From an uncultured Gemmatimonadales bacterium (GTDB taxonomy: Bacteria; Gemmatimonadota; Gemmatimonadetes; Gemmatimonadales; Gemmatimonadaceae), in assembly GCA_963793305.1 (NCBI GenBank), contig CAWBZV010000004.1, forward strand, positions 64,001 through 128,000: 64,000 nucleotides of DNA. The letters are read 5' to 3'. Below are positions 38,154-49,376 of this stretch, one piece after another. A program made the translations under genes and the position numbers. The first letter of the stretch is position 1. Every line of letters starts with the position of its first letter. The notes below the pieces were generated by a model. That model had not been told where the DNA came from. It saw only the letters and a list, made by a program, of their open reading frames with translations, and searched no databases.

Positions 38154-39224
38154 TTAGCCGCGCGTCACGCGATAAATCGCCCCCGCGGCATCATCGGACA
38201 CGAGCACGCTCCCGTCGCGGGCGACGATCACGTCGACGGGTCGTCCCCAGCGACTACCGTTGTTTCGCTGCCACCCAGTGATGAAATCGTCGTACCCGAC
38301 TGGCGTCCCACCATCGAGGTGCACGCGCACGACCTTCGCGCCGGTCGGGATGCGGCGATTCCACGATCCGTGAAACGCCACGAGGATGTCGCCGCGATAA
38401 AACGTGAGCCCGAGGGGAGCGGAGTGCGCTTGGAAGCCGAGCACGGGCGGCGTCTCGCGTTGACACCGCACGGGATCGTGGTACTCGGGATTGGGCACAT
38501 GGTTGCCATAGCAGTATGGCCACCCGTAGTCCCCGCCGTCGGTGACGATGTCGAGCCGATCGGGCGGAAGATTTTCGTGATTCGGCTCGATGTTATCGCG
38601 CTCGTTGACGGTCGCCCACAGCGCGCCGGTGGCGGGCGAGATGGCGAGACCCACGGCATTGCGCAATCCGCGCGCGAATACGCGCCCGTGCGATCCGTCG
38701 GTATCGTACCGCATGACGACCGCCCGATCGGAATCCTTTTCAACGCACAGGTTGCAGGATGATCCGATCGAGACATACATCGCACTGTCGGGCGGCCCGC
38801 CGAACACGATGGTGCGCGTCGTGTGGCCACCGCCGCCGGTATAGTGATTGAGCACCGTGCGCGTGCCGCCGGCGATGCGCACGACACCGGTGTGTCCGGC
38901 GATGTAGAGCGCTCCGCCATGGAACGCGAGCCCGTGCGGCCCATCGAGCCCGGACGCGAAAACGATGATGCTGTCCGCGACCCCGCGCCCGGTGTCGACG
39001 AGTCGCAAGACCTGTCCGAGCTCCGGCTCGCTCACGTAGACGGCGCCGTCCGGCCCCACGGCCATGAACCGCGCGTCGGACACGTGCGCGAACGTGGCGA
39101 CCTGAAACCCCGGCGGCGCGTGCAGCTCATCGCCGGGGACTCTCCGGTGTCGCATCGTGACCCACGCACCGAGCAGCGCGGCGGCCGCGGCCACGCCAGC
39201 TACGACGCGCAGGACTCCCCTCAC
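38154..39224 (-). CDS. PQQ-dependent sugar / sorbosone dehydrogenase family beta-propeller
   Basis: SIGSSCN, GLRNAVG, NERD, YGWPYC, HSAPLG, HGSWNR, GRPVDV. Confidence 0.92.
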   Translation of the reverse strand: MRGVLRVVAGVAAAAALLGAWVTMRHRRVPGDELHAPPGFQVATFAHVSDARFMAVGPDGAVYVSEPELGQVLRLVDTGRGVADSIIVFASGLDGPHGLAFHGGALYIAGHTGVVRIAGGTRTVLNHYTGGGGHTTRTIVFGGPPDSAMYVSIGSSCNLCVEKDSDRAVVMRYDTDGSHGRVFARGLRNAVGLAISPATGALWATVNERDNIEPNHENLPPDRLDIVTDGGDYGWPYCYGNHVPNPEYHDPVRCQRETPPVLGFQAHSAPLGLTFYRGDILVAFHGSWNRRIPTGAKVVRVHLDGGTPVGYDDFITGWQRNNGSRWGRPVDVIVARDGSVLVSDDAAGAIYRVTRG

Positions 39225-40753
39225 TTCAGGTCACCCGTCCGCGTCTTCGTCCAGACGATGACGGTCGTGCACGACGCCCCCGGCTTCTGGTACTCCGCCG
39301 GTGTATCGACGTTGCTGTAGACCTCGACCGCCTCGACTTCGTTCGGGTGCATGAAGTCATTGATGTCACCAGGCGTCGCTTCCGTATACGGCGTGCCGTC
39401 GATGACATAACTGACGCACCCGTTCCCCGTTGTGCCGCGCGTGCCGGTCAGCACGGGCTGGCCCGATGAGTAGTCGACGCGGATGCCGGGCATGGTCGTG
39501 AAGATGTCCGTCATGTAGGTCGGGATCTTACTCTCGATCTCGTCGCGACCCAGGAAATGGCCGAGGCCCATCTTCTTTCGACGGTCGTAGCCGACCTGCG
39601 CCAGGCCCTTCGCCGCTCCCGTCGCCTCGATCTTGACGGTCGGCAGCGAAGGCGGCGCGACCGGCAGCACCACCCTGGTCGTGCTCGTGGCCCTCGTCGA
39701 CAGGTCGACCGGCTGTGTCGTCGGGGCGTACGCGACCTTGCGAACGAGGAGCGTCTGTGTACCCGAGGGCAGGTTCCGAAGGAAGAAATTGCCGCTGCTG
39801 TCGGTGATGGTCTTGGACGCGGCGCCAATAACGGTCACGTCCGCGCCGGCCAGCGGCCTCTCCGCCGCGTTGATGATCCGACCGGTGAGCATCGCGTGCC
39901 CGGTGCGGAGGCCGACGACTGCCGGCTTGGGCGCCGCGGGCGCCACCTTGGCCGCCGACGCGACGGCCGTCGCCGACGGGAGGGTGTCGATGACCGGGGG
40001 CGGTGGCGCCGTGTCCGGCTTCGCCGTGTGCAGTGTGACCAGCTGAATGGTGTTCTCGCTGAAATTCACGGGAATATCAGCCGTGGATATGCCGCTGAAC
40101 GTGGCGCGCACGGCTGCCTTGGTGCCAACCGGAATGCCACAGATCCGATAGTTGCCGTTGGCGTCGACGATCGATTCGCGTTGGCGCAGGATCGTGTGGA
40201 GACCGATCTCTTTGCCGACCATGATCTGCGACCATGCCAGCGAGACCTTGGCGCCGGTCGACGGTTGGTCGGTGTCCGCATCCCGCACTTGGCCGATAAC
40301 GGCGCCCGGGCCGGTTTTCTGCTTCTCCGGCGGGCAGAACGTGTTGACGATCGTCGTCGCGCTCGGCGTCGCCAGCGCGATCAGCGCGTAGCGGCCGGCG
40401 GGGAACTCGATCTCGTTCGTCGCAATCACCACACCCAGCGAGTCCAGCAGCGGGTGCGACATGTTGAGCTTGTAGTTCCCTGGCGGGATGCTGTCGATTC
40501 GGAATTTCCCCGTCGAGTCCGTCGTGCCTTTGCGGTCCGTGCCGACGAGCGAGACGACGGCTCCAACCAGGGGGCCACCATGGATACTATCGCCAACCAC
40601 TCCCACCGCTCCCGATACCGGCGCGCCGGCGTTCGCCGCTGGCGCCGGGGCGCTCGCGGGTGGTGGCGGCGCAGCGGTGGGTTTGGTTTTCGACGACTGC
40701 GCCTGGACCAGCATCGGCGCGATGATAAGGGCGGTGAGCCAGCGAGACTGCAT
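39221..40753 (-). CDS. Secreted protein with carboxypeptidase-regulatory-like domains and a C-terminal TonB plug-like domain (no barrel)
   Basis: Signal peptide, TDSTGKFRI / TDSSGNFFL repeats, YVIDG..EVEAVEVY..VIVWTK. Confidence 0.8.
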   Translation of the reverse strand: MQSRWLTALIIAPMLVQAQSSKTKPTAAPPPPASAPAPAANAGAPVSGAVGVVGDSIHGGPLVGAVVSLVGTDRKGTTDSTGKFRIDSIPPGNYKLNMSHPLLDSLGVVIATNEIEFPAGRYALIALATPSATTIVNTFCPPEKQKTGPGAVIGQVRDADTDQPSTGAKVSLAWSQIMVGKEIGLHTILRQRESIVDANGNYRICGIPVGTKAAVRATFSGISTADIPVNFSENTIQLVTLHTAKPDTAPPPPVIDTLPSATAVASAAKVAPAAPKPAVVGLRTGHAMLTGRIINAAERPLAGADVTVIGAASKTITDSSGNFFLRNLPSGTQTLLVRKVAYAPTTQPVDLSTRATSTTRVVLPVAPPSLPTVKIEATGAAKGLAQVGYDRRKKMGLGHFLGRDEIESKIPTYMTDIFTTMPGIRVDYSSGQPVLTGTRGTTGNGCVSYVIDGTPYTEATPGDINDFMHPNEVEAVEVYSNVDTPAEYQKPGASCTTVIVWTKTRTGDLK

Positions 40754-40797
40754 ACCGAATAGTACCGGTTGTGCCGCGATTCGTGAACGCGGGACGA

Positions 40798-41850
40798 TCA
40801 GCCCCCGCCGCCGAACAATCGCATGATCCGCGACGCGCGATTCGGGGTCGTTAGGGCGGCGTCGGCGAAGGCCTCGGCAAACTCCGGAGCCGTGCGGTAC
40901 CGATGCTCCGGGTCCCGCTCCATCCCCTTGAGCAGCACTTTCTCGACGCCAGCCGAGAAGTTGAGCTCGGGCTTGAGGCGCCGGATGGGGATGGGTGCAT
41001 CGCGCAGCCGCGCGATCATGAGCTCCTGCTGGGATTTGCCCTCGAACGGCAACTTGCCGGTGAGCATCTCGTACGTCATGAGCGCGAGCGCATAGACGTC
41101 CGTCCGCCCATCGAGCGGCTTCCCGCGCAACTGCTCGGGACTCATGAACTCGGGTGTCCCGAGCACGATGCCGGTCGCGGTGAGCTTCTCCAGCTCGGCC
41201 CCGGCGCGACGCTCCTTGGCAAGCCCAAAGTCCATGACGACCGCCTTGTCGTCCGCCGTCGCGATGATCACGTTCTCGGGCTTAAGGTCGCGGTGCACGA
41301 TCTTGAGATCGTGCGCGACTTGGAGCGCGGAAGCGATCTGCTGCACGTACTTGACGACCTCCGCCAACGGCAATTTGCCGAGGCGATACGTCTTGTCGGC
41401 TAAGACCTCGCCCTCGATGTACGGCATGACGATGTAGACGAGCCCCTCGGCCGTCTGCCCGAGGCGCTTGATGTGGCAGATGTTCGGGTGCTCGAGCCGC
41501 TGGCCGACATTGGCCTCTCGTCTCAAGCGGGCCATCGACGTCGCGTCGGTCGACAGCGACGGCGACAAGACTTTAATGGCCACCCGCTCGCCGTTCTCCT
41601 TGTCGACGGCGAGGTAGACGAACGACATGCCGCCTTCGCCGAGCTTGGACTCGACCCGGTAGCGGGCGTCGATGGTGCGACCCGAGAGCGTCGCGTACTC
41701 GTGCGGCGCGGCGCCGCCGCGGGCCGAGCCAATGGCGCCCGCGTTGACTATGGCCGCCGCCCCTTTGGGTTGCAGCTTCGTCCCGTCGCGTGTGCAGAAC
41801 TTCGCGGTATCCGCGTAGGTCGCGCCGCAACTGGGACAACGAAGGGACAA
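40798..41850 (-). CDS. Hanks-type Ser/Thr protein kinase with N-terminal zinc ribbon
   Basis: CPSC..FCTRDG, GEGGM, VAIK, HRDLKPEN, DFG, GTPEFMSPE. Confidence 0.95.
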   Translation of the reverse strand: MSLRCPSCGATYADTAKFCTRDGTKLQPKGAAAIVNAGAIGSARGGAAPHEYATLSGRTIDARYRVESKLGEGGMSFVYLAVDKENGERVAIKVLSPSLSTDATSMARLRREANVGQRLEHPNICHIKRLGQTAEGLVYIVMPYIEGEVLADKTYRLGKLPLAEVVKYVQQIASALQVAHDLKIVHRDLKPENVIIATADDKAVVMDFGLAKERRAGAELEKLTATGIVLGTPEFMSPEQLRGKPLDGRTDVYALALMTYEMLTGKLPFEGKSQQELMIARLRDAPIPIRRLKPELNFSAGVEKVLLKGMERDPEHRYRTAPEFAEAFADAALTTPNRASRIMRLFGGGG

Positions 41851-41864
41851 TGGGACTCCGGGTG

Positions 41865-43356
41865 TTACGTTCTCACGCAGTTGCGTCCGTCAGCCTTGGC
41901 ACGATATAACGCGGCGTCGGCCTGAGCAAAAAGATCCTCGGCCGTATCCACCCTGACGGAGGGAAAAGTTGCGACGCCGATGCTCGCCGTCAAACGGAGC
42001 CCGCCACTGGACCCTTCCGCGCCGATCACGGCAAACGGTTGGCCCTCGACCCGTTCTCTGATGCGTTCCGCAAATGCGACAGCACCGGCCTCGGCCGTCT
42101 CTGGGAGGACGACGACGAACTCCTCCCCTCCGTATCGGGCCACCACGTCGACACTTCTCACCGCATGTTGCAGTAAGAGTGCAACCTCCCTCAGCGCGTC
42201 ATCACCGGTCAGGTGACCATAGGTATCGTTGATTCGCTTGAAGTGATCGAGATCGATCATGAGCAGCGTCACCACCGAGTTATACCGCCGCGCGCGGTCA
42301 AGCTCCGACGTCAATCGCAGGGTCAACGCCCGTCTGTTCAATACCTGCGTCAGCGGATCAGTGTGTGCCAAGGCCTCGAGTCGGGCATTGTCGGCCTTGG
42401 TCATCTCGATGACCTGGGCCCGTTGGATCGTCGCCACCGCCGCCTTGATGACGGTGTCCGCAAACTCGACATCTTCGGCCGTCAACGGTGGCTCTTCGCC
42501 CGTACGACGTAAGAAAAACACACCCGCTTGCGTCCGATCGAGACTGAAAGGCAGCGCAATCACTGATCGGATCGAGACCCGGGTACCCTCTTCGATCCAC
42601 GACCGCCGGATGTCTTCGTAGACAGGGCTCGTCGACAGATCCTCGATCAAAATCGGCCGCCCGCTATCGAGGGCGGCGCGGATTTCGGGGTAACGCGCGA
42701 GCTCGATCTCCAAATTGCGCAGCGCCGGATTCTCATACGCCGTAGCAACTATTCCCAGTCGATCTCCTGGCCTGGCCAAGATGACGGAGCAGTGGGAAAG
42801 GCTCAGTGCGCGTGCCACGCGACGAGCCAGGATGTGATAGATCTCGTCGGACGAGAGATCCCCGGTGACCTCGTGGAGGATGTCGACGAGCTTGCGGCGG
42901 CTCTCGGCCTCTTCTCTCGCTCTTCGTAACTCTTGTTCGGTGGTCCGCAGCGCCTCATGCGCCGAGCGCAACGCGGCACGAATGCGGAGTTGCGCTTGGA
43001 TTCGCGCGAGTAGCTCGCGAACACGAAATGGCTTGCGGACGAAGTCCGCGGCCCCGAGGCCCAGAGTCCGAACGGCAGCTTCCTCGGGAGGCAAAGCCGA
43101 AACCATCAGAACGGGCAGATCCCGCCACCGCTCGTCTGACTTGATGCGCTCGAGCGTCTGATAGTTATCGGCGCCTGGCAACGAGAACGTTGAGCAGCAG
43201 CAAATCGGGCGGCAGGTCGTGCTCCAGCCGCTCGAACAGGGCCTGGCCGCCGTGGGCGGCGCTGACATCGTAGCCCTGCTCCTTGAGCACCCAAGCCATA
43301 GTCTGCAGCACCGCTGGATCATCGTCGGCGACGAGGATCCGCGTATTCGTCATCAT
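41865..43356 (-). CDS. Diguanylate cyclase, REC-GAF-GGDEF (frameshift near 43182)
   Basis: RILVADDD in ORF 43165..43356. GAADFVRKPF, GAF, DPLT, DLDHFK, RSVD I-site and RYGGEEF in ORF 41865..43322. Confidence 0.9.
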
Positions 43357-43476
43357 GAACGACAGCCGCAGAGGCTCACGCGTGCTCTCTCAGGGTCGGG
43401 TGTGCCGCAAGAAGCGACCTCGACTAATACCCCACGAATCTCAATTCGACTAGAGACGTCCGTTTACTGCCGGGCG

Positions 43477-45984
43477 TCACACTGCGTCATCCGGGGCCAC
43501 GGCCGGCGCCTCGTCGGTCTCACCCTCGCCCTCTTCCTCAGGCACCACCCGAGCCACCGCCGTCACGAGATCGCCCTCATCGAGCTGCACGAGCTTGACG
43601 CCCTGGGCAATCCGACCGGTCACACGCACCTGCGCGACGGACGAGCGGATGATCACGCCGTGCTTCGTGATCAGCATGATCTCGTCCTCGGGCAGGACCT
43701 CCATGATCGTGACGACGTCGCCCGTGCGCTCGGTACGGTTGACCGTGATGATCCCCTTGCCGCCGCGCTGCTGCACCCGGTACTCCTCGAGCTTCGAGCA
43801 CTTGCCCATTCCCTTCTCGGTCACCACGAGAATGGTCGCCTCGCGCTTGATGACGACCATGCCAACGACCTCGTCGTCCGTGCTGAGCGCGATGCCTTTG
43901 ACGCCCGTGGTATCCCGACCCATGGCGCGGACATCCGACTCGTGAAACCGAATGGACAACCCATGCCGGGTCGCCAGGATGATATCGTTCGTGCCGCTCG
44001 TGATCTGGACGTTGATCAGCTCGTCGCCCGACTCGACCTTGATGGCCTTGATGCCATTGATCCGCGGATTGGCGTACTCGGACAGTACGGTCTTCTTGAC
44101 GGTGCCGAGCTTCGTACAGAACAACAAGAACGCCTCATCCGAGAACTCGGTGACCGGAAGCAGCGCCGTGATCTTCGTCTCGGGACTGACGTTGATCAGA
44201 TTGACGATGGGCTTCCCCTTGGTGGCCCGGCCGGCTTGAGGGATCTCATGCACTTTGAGGCGGAAGCACCGGCCGTCATCCGTAAAGACGAGGATGTGGT
44301 CGTGCGTCGAGCCGATGAACAAGTGCTCGATGAAATCCAGGTCTTTGAGATCGGCTCCCGACGAGCCTCTCCCGCCACGCCGCTGGCGACGATATGTCGA
44401 GACCGACGTGCGCTTGATATAGCCGGAGTGGGACACGGTGACGACCATGTCTTCCTCGGCGATCAAGTCCTCGATCGTGAACTCCCCCTCGTCGCTCGTG
44501 ATCTCGGAGCGGCGCTCATCCCCGAACTTCTCGGCGACGCTGGTGAGCTCGTCTTTCAGGAGCTTCATGCGCTTCGGGCGCGAGTCCAATAAGGATCGCA
44601 GCTCTTTGATCGTCGCCTGCACTTCTTTCAGCTCCTCTTCGAGCTTCTCGATCTCGAGGCCGGTCAGCTTGGCGAGGCGCATGTTGAGAATGGCCTCGGA
44701 CTGACGCTCGCTCAGCTTGAAGCGCGTTTGCAGCTGCGTGTTGGCCGTGGGCGTGTCTTTGGCCTTGCGAATCAGCTTGATGACCTCGTCGATGTTGTCG
44801 ACGGCGATCTTCAAGCCCTCGAGGATGTGCTCCCGCTCGAGCGCCTTGTCGAGCTCGAACTGCGCCCGGCGCACGATGACCTCGTGCCGGTGCACGAGAT
44901 AGTGATCGAGCATCTCCCTGAGCGCCATGACCTTCGGCACGAGCTGCCGCGTCTGCGGATCGGGCACGAGCGCCAGCATGATCACGCCGAACGTCGCCTG
45001 CATCGTCGTGTGCTTGTACAACTGGTTCAGCACCACGCGTGGAATCACATCGCGGCGCAGCTCCATGACGATGCGGCGGCCCTCCCGCGCCGTCGTCTCA
45101 TCGCGCAGCGCGGTGATGCCATCGAGCTTCTTGTCGTTGACCAGATCTTTGATCTGCTCGACGAGCTTCGCGCCACTCACCTGATACGGGAGCTCCGTCA
45201 CCACGATCTGCGATTTCCCGTTCTCGCGCTCCTCGATGACCGCTCGCGCGCGCATGACAATGCGGCCGCGGCCGGTCTCCTGATAATCCTTGATGCCCTG
45301 CCGGCCGTAGATGTACGCCCCCGTCGGGAAGTCGGGCCCCTTGATGATGCGCCGCAGCTCGGCCGTCGTGAGCTCAGGCGTGTCGATCAACGCCAGACAC
45401 GCGTTGACGACCTCGCGCAGGTTGTGCGGCGGGATGTTCGTCGCCATCCCGACGGCGATACCCGAGGACCCGTTGACGAGGAGATTCGGGAAGCCGGACG
45501 GCAGGACGCGGGGCTCTTGCAGGCGATCATCGAAGTTCGGCGCGAAATCGACCGTATTCTTGTCGATATCCGCCAACATTTCGATGGCCATCGCGGTCAA
45601 ACGCGCTTCGGTGTAGCGATACGCCGCGGCAGAATCGCCGTCCGCGCTGCCGTAGTTCCCTTGTCCGTCGACGAGGGGATAGCGCAGCGAGAAGTCCTGC
45701 ACCATGCGCACGAGTGCGTCGTAGACCGACGAGTCGCCGTGCGGGTGATATTTTCCGAGGACGTCGCCGACGACCGTCGCGGCCTTTTTATACGGGCGAC
45801 CGGGCACCAACCCCAACTCGTTCATCGCAAACAGCACCCGGCGGTGCACAGGCTTGAGACCGTCTCGCACGTCGGGGAGCGCGCGGGAGACGATGACGCT
45901 CATCGAGTAGTTGATGAACGACTCTTTGATCTCGTCGTCGATGAGCCGCGGGAGAATCCGCTCGCGATTGTTCGGTGCTGTCAT
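43477..45984 (-). CDS. gyrA: DNA gyrase subunit A
   Basis: [31 protein letters not shown], GyrA box QRRGGRG. ATG at 45984. Confidence 0.97.
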   Translation of the reverse strand: MTAPNNRERILPRLIDDEIKESFINYSMSVIVSRALPDVRDGLKPVHRRVLFAMNELGLVPGRPYKKAATVVGDVLGKYHPHGDSSVYDALVRMVQDFSLRYPLVDGQGNYGSADGDSAAAYRYTEARLTAMAIEMLADIDKNTVDFAPNFDDRLQEPRVLPSGFPNLLVNGSSGIAVGMATNIPPHNLREVVNACLALIDTPELTTAELRRIIKGPDFPTGAYIYGRQGIKDYQETGRGRIVMRARAVIEERENGKSQIVVTELPYQVSGAKLVEQIKDLVNDKKLDGITALRDETTAREGRRIVMELRRDVIPRVVLNQLYKHTTMQATFGVIMLALVPDPQTRQLVPKVMALREMLDHYLVHRHEVIVRRAQFELDKALEREHILEGLKIAVDNIDEVIKLIRKAKDTPTANTQLQTRFKLSERQSEAILNMRLAKLTGLEIEKLEEELKEVQATIKELRSLLDSRPKRMKLLKDELTSVAEKFGDERRSEITSDEGEFTIEDLIAEEDMVVTVSHSGYIKRTSVSTYRRQRRGGRGSSGADLKDLDFIEHLFIGSTHDHILVFTDDGRCFRLKVHEIPQAGRATKGKPIVNLINVSPETKITALLPVTEFSDEAFLLFCTKLGTVKKTVLSEYANPRINGIKAIKVESGDELINVQITSGTNDIILATRHGLSIRFHESDVRAMGRDTTGVKGIALSTDDEVVGMVVIKREATILVVTEKGMGKCSKLEEYRVQQRGGKGIITVNRTERTGDVVTIMEVLPEDEIMLITKHGVIIRSSVAQVRVTGRIAQGVKLVQLDEGDLVTAVARVVPEEEGEGETDEAPAVAPDDAV

Positions 45985-46056
45985 AGCCTCGAAACTTAAG
46001 CTTTGTGACTGCCTCGGCGCAACGCGAAGCCGACGCGGCAAACGCCGGTCAGCCAA

Positions 46057-46860
46057 CTACTTAGCGGGTGGCGCGGCTCCGCCGCGCGTCGAGGCAGAGC
46101 GCTGCTCTGCTCGACTAGTCGGTTGGACAACGCTCGGCTCTGCCGAGCGTTCATTCTCGTGTTCGCGCTCCCCGCGGGACCGCTCGGCGCGATAGCGCTC
46201 GTACCAGGCGCGCGTGATCTCACCCGCCAGATCGCGGTTGCCGAGCCCGAACGCCAGGGCCAGCGCCAAAGCGACCGCGCCGAACAGAATCGCGAACGCG
46301 GTCGTCACGATCTGGGTCGCGACGCCGAGCTCCTGCAGCGCCATGAAGACGGCCAGCATGATCACGCTCGCCCGGGCCACGCGGGCGAGCGTCGGCCCGC
46401 CAGCCCAGCGGCCGACGGAGGCCGAGATCAGCCCGCCGACGAAGGCGCCGAGCACGTTGCCGATCATGATGATCACGATCGCGCCGATGATGCTCGGGAT
46501 GTAGCCGACCAGCTCCGTGAACACGCCGGACAGCGACTCGCCGAGGGCGTCCGCGGCGACGAGCAGCACCGCGAACATCACGAACCAGAATACGAGGTTC
46601 GCGGCCACCCGCGTCGGGTCCATGTGCGAGCCGGTGCGCTCGACCGCCTCCATCACGCCGCCGCGCTCCAGCATCGTGTTGAGGCGGATCCGCCGCAGCA
46701 GGCGCAGGGTCACGCGCTCGATCAGCGCGGCGAGCAGGTACCCGACAAACACGATCACGAGCGCGCCGAGCAGCGGCAGGACATGCCGCGACAGCTCGAT
46801 AAAGCTCACTCGGATCCGATCGAGCATCGGAGCCGCTGTTACGCTGTCTGCCTGGATCAC
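46057..46860 (-). CDS. Conserved TM-helix (CmpX / MscS-associated) membrane protein
   Basis: Two repeats LPLLGALVI and YIPSIIGAIVI, then IVTTAFAILFGAVALALALAFGLG. Confidence 0.82.
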   Translation of the reverse strand: MIQADSVTAAPMLDRIRVSFIELSRHVLPLLGALVIVFVGYLLAALIERVTLRLLRRIRLNTMLERGGVMEAVERTGSHMDPTRVAANLVFWFVMFAVLLVAADALGESLSGVFTELVGYIPSIIGAIVIIMIGNVLGAFVGGLISASVGRWAGGPTLARVARASVIMLAVFMALQELGVATQIVTTAFAILFGAVALALALAFGLGNRDLAGEITRAWYERYRAERSRGEREHENERSAEPSVVQPTSRAEQRSASTRGGAAPPAK

Positions 46861-47075
46861 GTTCTCGTTCCGCGCTTTATGTCAAAGATCGCACTGCGGC
46901 GGCACGACGGACAGATGAGCCAGTCGCGAGATCTGGCGTATCCGAGCCCAAACGACCCGCCGCCGAGGCGTTTGCGTCGCATGGCGCCGTTGCAGCGGGG
47001 ACAGACCGGATCCTGTCCGGCCGACAGCGCGGCGCGCATGGTGCGCAACTCGGCGACGGTGTACTGATCGGTCAC
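46857..47075 (-). CDS. Small zinc-ribbon protein (72 aa)
   Basis: GTG overlaps the upstream stop and its stop overlaps the downstream start. CPRC...CPSC. Confidence 0.7.
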   Translation of the reverse strand: MTDQYTVAELRTMRAALSAGQDPVCPRCNGAMRRKRLGGGSFGLGYARSRDWLICPSCRRSAIFDIKRGTRT

Positions 47076-48112
47076 GGTGCTATCCGGAGCACAATCTTCC
47101 CGAATTGCTCGGCGGCCGCCATTCGCTCGTACGCGGCCCGCCCCTCCTCCAGGGGATACACCGCATCGATCGGCGGCAAAAGCCGTCCCTGCGCCAACTC
47201 CTCGGCGACACGGTCGAACTCGCGGTCGTTCCCCATGGTCGCGCCATAAATTTTCCATTGGTACCAGAACAATCGCCGGACGTCGATCTGTACCATCGGC
47301 CCCGACGTGGCGCCACACGTCACGAGCCGCCCACCGCGGCCGAGCGCGAGGAGCGATTTCTGCCAGGTCGCCTCACCGACGCTGTCGAGGACGACATCGA
47401 CGCCACGCTTATTCGTCCGTGTACGGACCTCGCGAGCAACGTCCGTCGTATGGTGATTGAACCCCTCATGGGCGCCGAGGGCCCGGGCGCGGGCGAGCTT
47501 CGCGTCGCTGCCCGACGTGACCCACACGCGGGCGCCGCGAGCCAGCGCGATCATCATGGCCTGAAGCGCGACGCCGCCGCCAATGCCCCAGATCAGCACC
47601 GTGTCGCCGGCCTGCACCTGAGCTTTCGTCACCATGAGGCGCCAGGCAGTCAGCGTCGCCAGCGGGAACGCCGCGGCGACGTCCATTGGGAAGTGTTTGG
47701 GGATGCGGCGCACGTTGAAGTGCGGCACCACGATCTCCTCGGCGAACGTCCCGGGCAGTTGCTCGCCGAGCACGCCGAATTTCACGCACTCGGACTGTTC
47801 GCCAGCACGGCAGTACTCGCACGTGCGATCACTGATGCCGGCGTTGACGATCACATGATCCCCGACCGCGACCGAGTCGACAGCCGCGCCAACCTCGGCG
47901 ATCACGCCGGCGGCGTCGCAGCCGAGGATCCACGGCGGGACGATGTGGACGTTCGGCAGACCGCCGACCACGAACAGATCCAGGTGATTGAGCGCACCGG
48001 CGTAGACGCGGATGCGGACGTCGGTTGGAGCGGTCAGCGCCGGAGAGGGCAAGTCGGTGCGGTACTGAAGCTGATCGAGCCCTCCATGCGCGGAGATCGT
48101 GAGTCCTCGCAC
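47072..48112 (-). CDS. Zinc-binding dehydrogenase (MDR family)
   Basis: [41 protein letters not shown]. Confidence 0.93.
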   Translation of the reverse strand: MRGLTISAHGGLDQLQYRTDLPSPALTAPTDVRIRVYAGALNHLDLFVVGGLPNVHIVPPWILGCDAAGVIAEVGAAVDSVAVGDHVIVNAGISDRTCEYCRAGEQSECVKFGVLGEQLPGTFAEEIVVPHFNVRRIPKHFPMDVAAAFPLATLTAWRLMVTKAQVQAGDTVLIWGIGGGVALQAMMIALARGARVWVTSGSDAKLARARALGAHEGFNHHTTDVAREVRTRTNKRGVDVVLDSVGEATWQKSLLALGRGGRLVTCGATSGPMVQIDVRRLFWYQWKIYGATMGNDREFDRVAEELAQGRLLPPIDAVYPLEEGRAAYERMAAAEQFGKIVLRIAP

Positions 48113-48161
48113 CCTGATACTCGTCGGTTATATTTTCAGGCGAAAGCTAGGGGGGAACGCG

Positions 48162-49376
48162 ATGATTGCCATAAAGGTTCCGCCGCTCGGTGAGTCTACG
48201 CCCGAGGCGACTGTGTCCCGGTGGATGAAGCAACCGGGTGACGCGGTGGCCGCGGGAGAGACTGTCGTCGAGCTCGAGACCGACAAGGTGACGGTGGAAG
48301 TGCCCGCCATCCGCGCGGGCGTTGTCGTCTCGCAGTCGCACAAGGAGGGGGACATCGTCAAAGTCGACGAGATCCTCGGCGAGATGGACGATGAGGCGGT
48401 CCCCGCGACGGTCGCGGCTGCCCCGGCTACCCTCGGCGCGACGACACTGGGTGCAGCGCCGGCAGCGCCGGCTGCGCCGGCGATCGCGAGACCCGCACCG
48501 GCGCCCCCTGCGAGCGTGCGCGCGGCACCCTCGGCCCAGCGAGCCGCCGCCGAGCGCGGCATCGATCTCGCGACCGTGAAGGGGACCGGCCGTGGCGGCG
48601 TGGTCAGCAAGCCCGACGTGCTTGAGCAGAAGCCGTCAAAGCCGACAGCGCCTGTGGCGCCCGTGGTGCCGGCGAACGGGGCGCGCGAGACGCGCGAGAA
48701 GATGTCGACGCGTCGAAAGCGGATCGCCGAGAACCTGCTGTTGTCGCAACAGTCGACCGCGCACCTGACGACGTTCAACGAAGTCGACATGTCCGTGCTC
48801 AGTGCCTTGCGCGATCGACAGCGCGACAAGGTCGAGAAAGAATTCGGGGTCCGGCTGACGTACATGCCGTTCTTCGCCAAAGCCGCCTGTCTGGCGTTGA
48901 AACAATACCCCGTGGTGAATGCCCAGATCGACGACGACTCGATCGTCTACAAGCACTACGTGCACTTGGGGATCGCCGTCGCGTCCGATCAGGGCTTAGT
49001 GGTTCCGGTCATCAAGGACGCCGACTCGAAAGGCATTATCGATGTAAGCCGCGAGATCACGGCGGTGGCTGGGCGGGCGCGCGACGGGAAGCTCACGCTG
49101 GATGATCTGGCGGGCGGCACGTTCACGATCACGAACGGTGGGGTGTTCGGCTCGCTCGTCTCGACGCCGATCCTCAACTATCCCCAGTCCGGGATTCTCG
49201 GACTGCACAAGATTCAGGACCGTCCGATCGCGCTCAACGGCCAGGTCGTCATTCGCCCGATGATGTACATCGCGCTCTCCTACGACCATCGTCTGGTCGA
49301 CGGCCAACAAGCCGTGCTCTTCCTGGTCCGGATCAAGGAGCTGATCGAGGACCCCGCGAGCATGCTCATTGACTGA
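48162..49376 (+). CDS. sucB: Dihydrolipoyllysine succinyltransferase (2-oxoglutarate dehydrogenase E2)
   Basis: Lipoyl ETDKV, GTGRGG E3-binding segment, [37 protein letters not shown]. Confidence 0.95.
   Translation: MIAIKVPPLGESTPEATVSRWMKQPGDAVAAGETVVELETDKVTVEVPAIRAGVVVSQSHKEGDIVKVDEILGEMDDEAVPATVAAAPATLGATTLGAAPAAPAAPAIARPAPAPPASVRAAPSAQRAAAERGIDLATVKGTGRGGVVSKPDVLEQKPSKPTAPVAPVVPANGARETREKMSTRRKRIAENLLLSQQSTAHLTTFNEVDMSVLSALRDRQRDKVEKEFGVRLTYMPFFAKAACLALKQYPVVNAQIDDDSIVYKHYVHLGIAVASDQGLVVPVIKDADSKGIIDVSREITAVAGRARDGKLTLDDLAGGTFTITNGGVFGSLVSTPILNYPQSGILGLHKIQDRPIALNGQVVIRPMMYIALSYDHRLVDGQQAVLFLVRIKELIEDPASMLID

Noticed and set aside
40755..40769. Third copy of the CCGAA repeat upstream of the plug-domain protein
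   Set aside because: CCGAA-N5-CCGGT has the wrong spacing and a poor second half-site.
45715..45750. Quinolone-resistance substitution in GyrA
   Set aside because: The QRDR reads [10 protein letters not shown], with the usual Ser and Asp.
43219..45999. Long plus-strand ORFs opposite gyrA (also 12115..13356, 32132..33262, 39557..40762 and similar)
   Set aside because: Typical stop-poor antisense frames in high-GC coding DNA, with no motifs.
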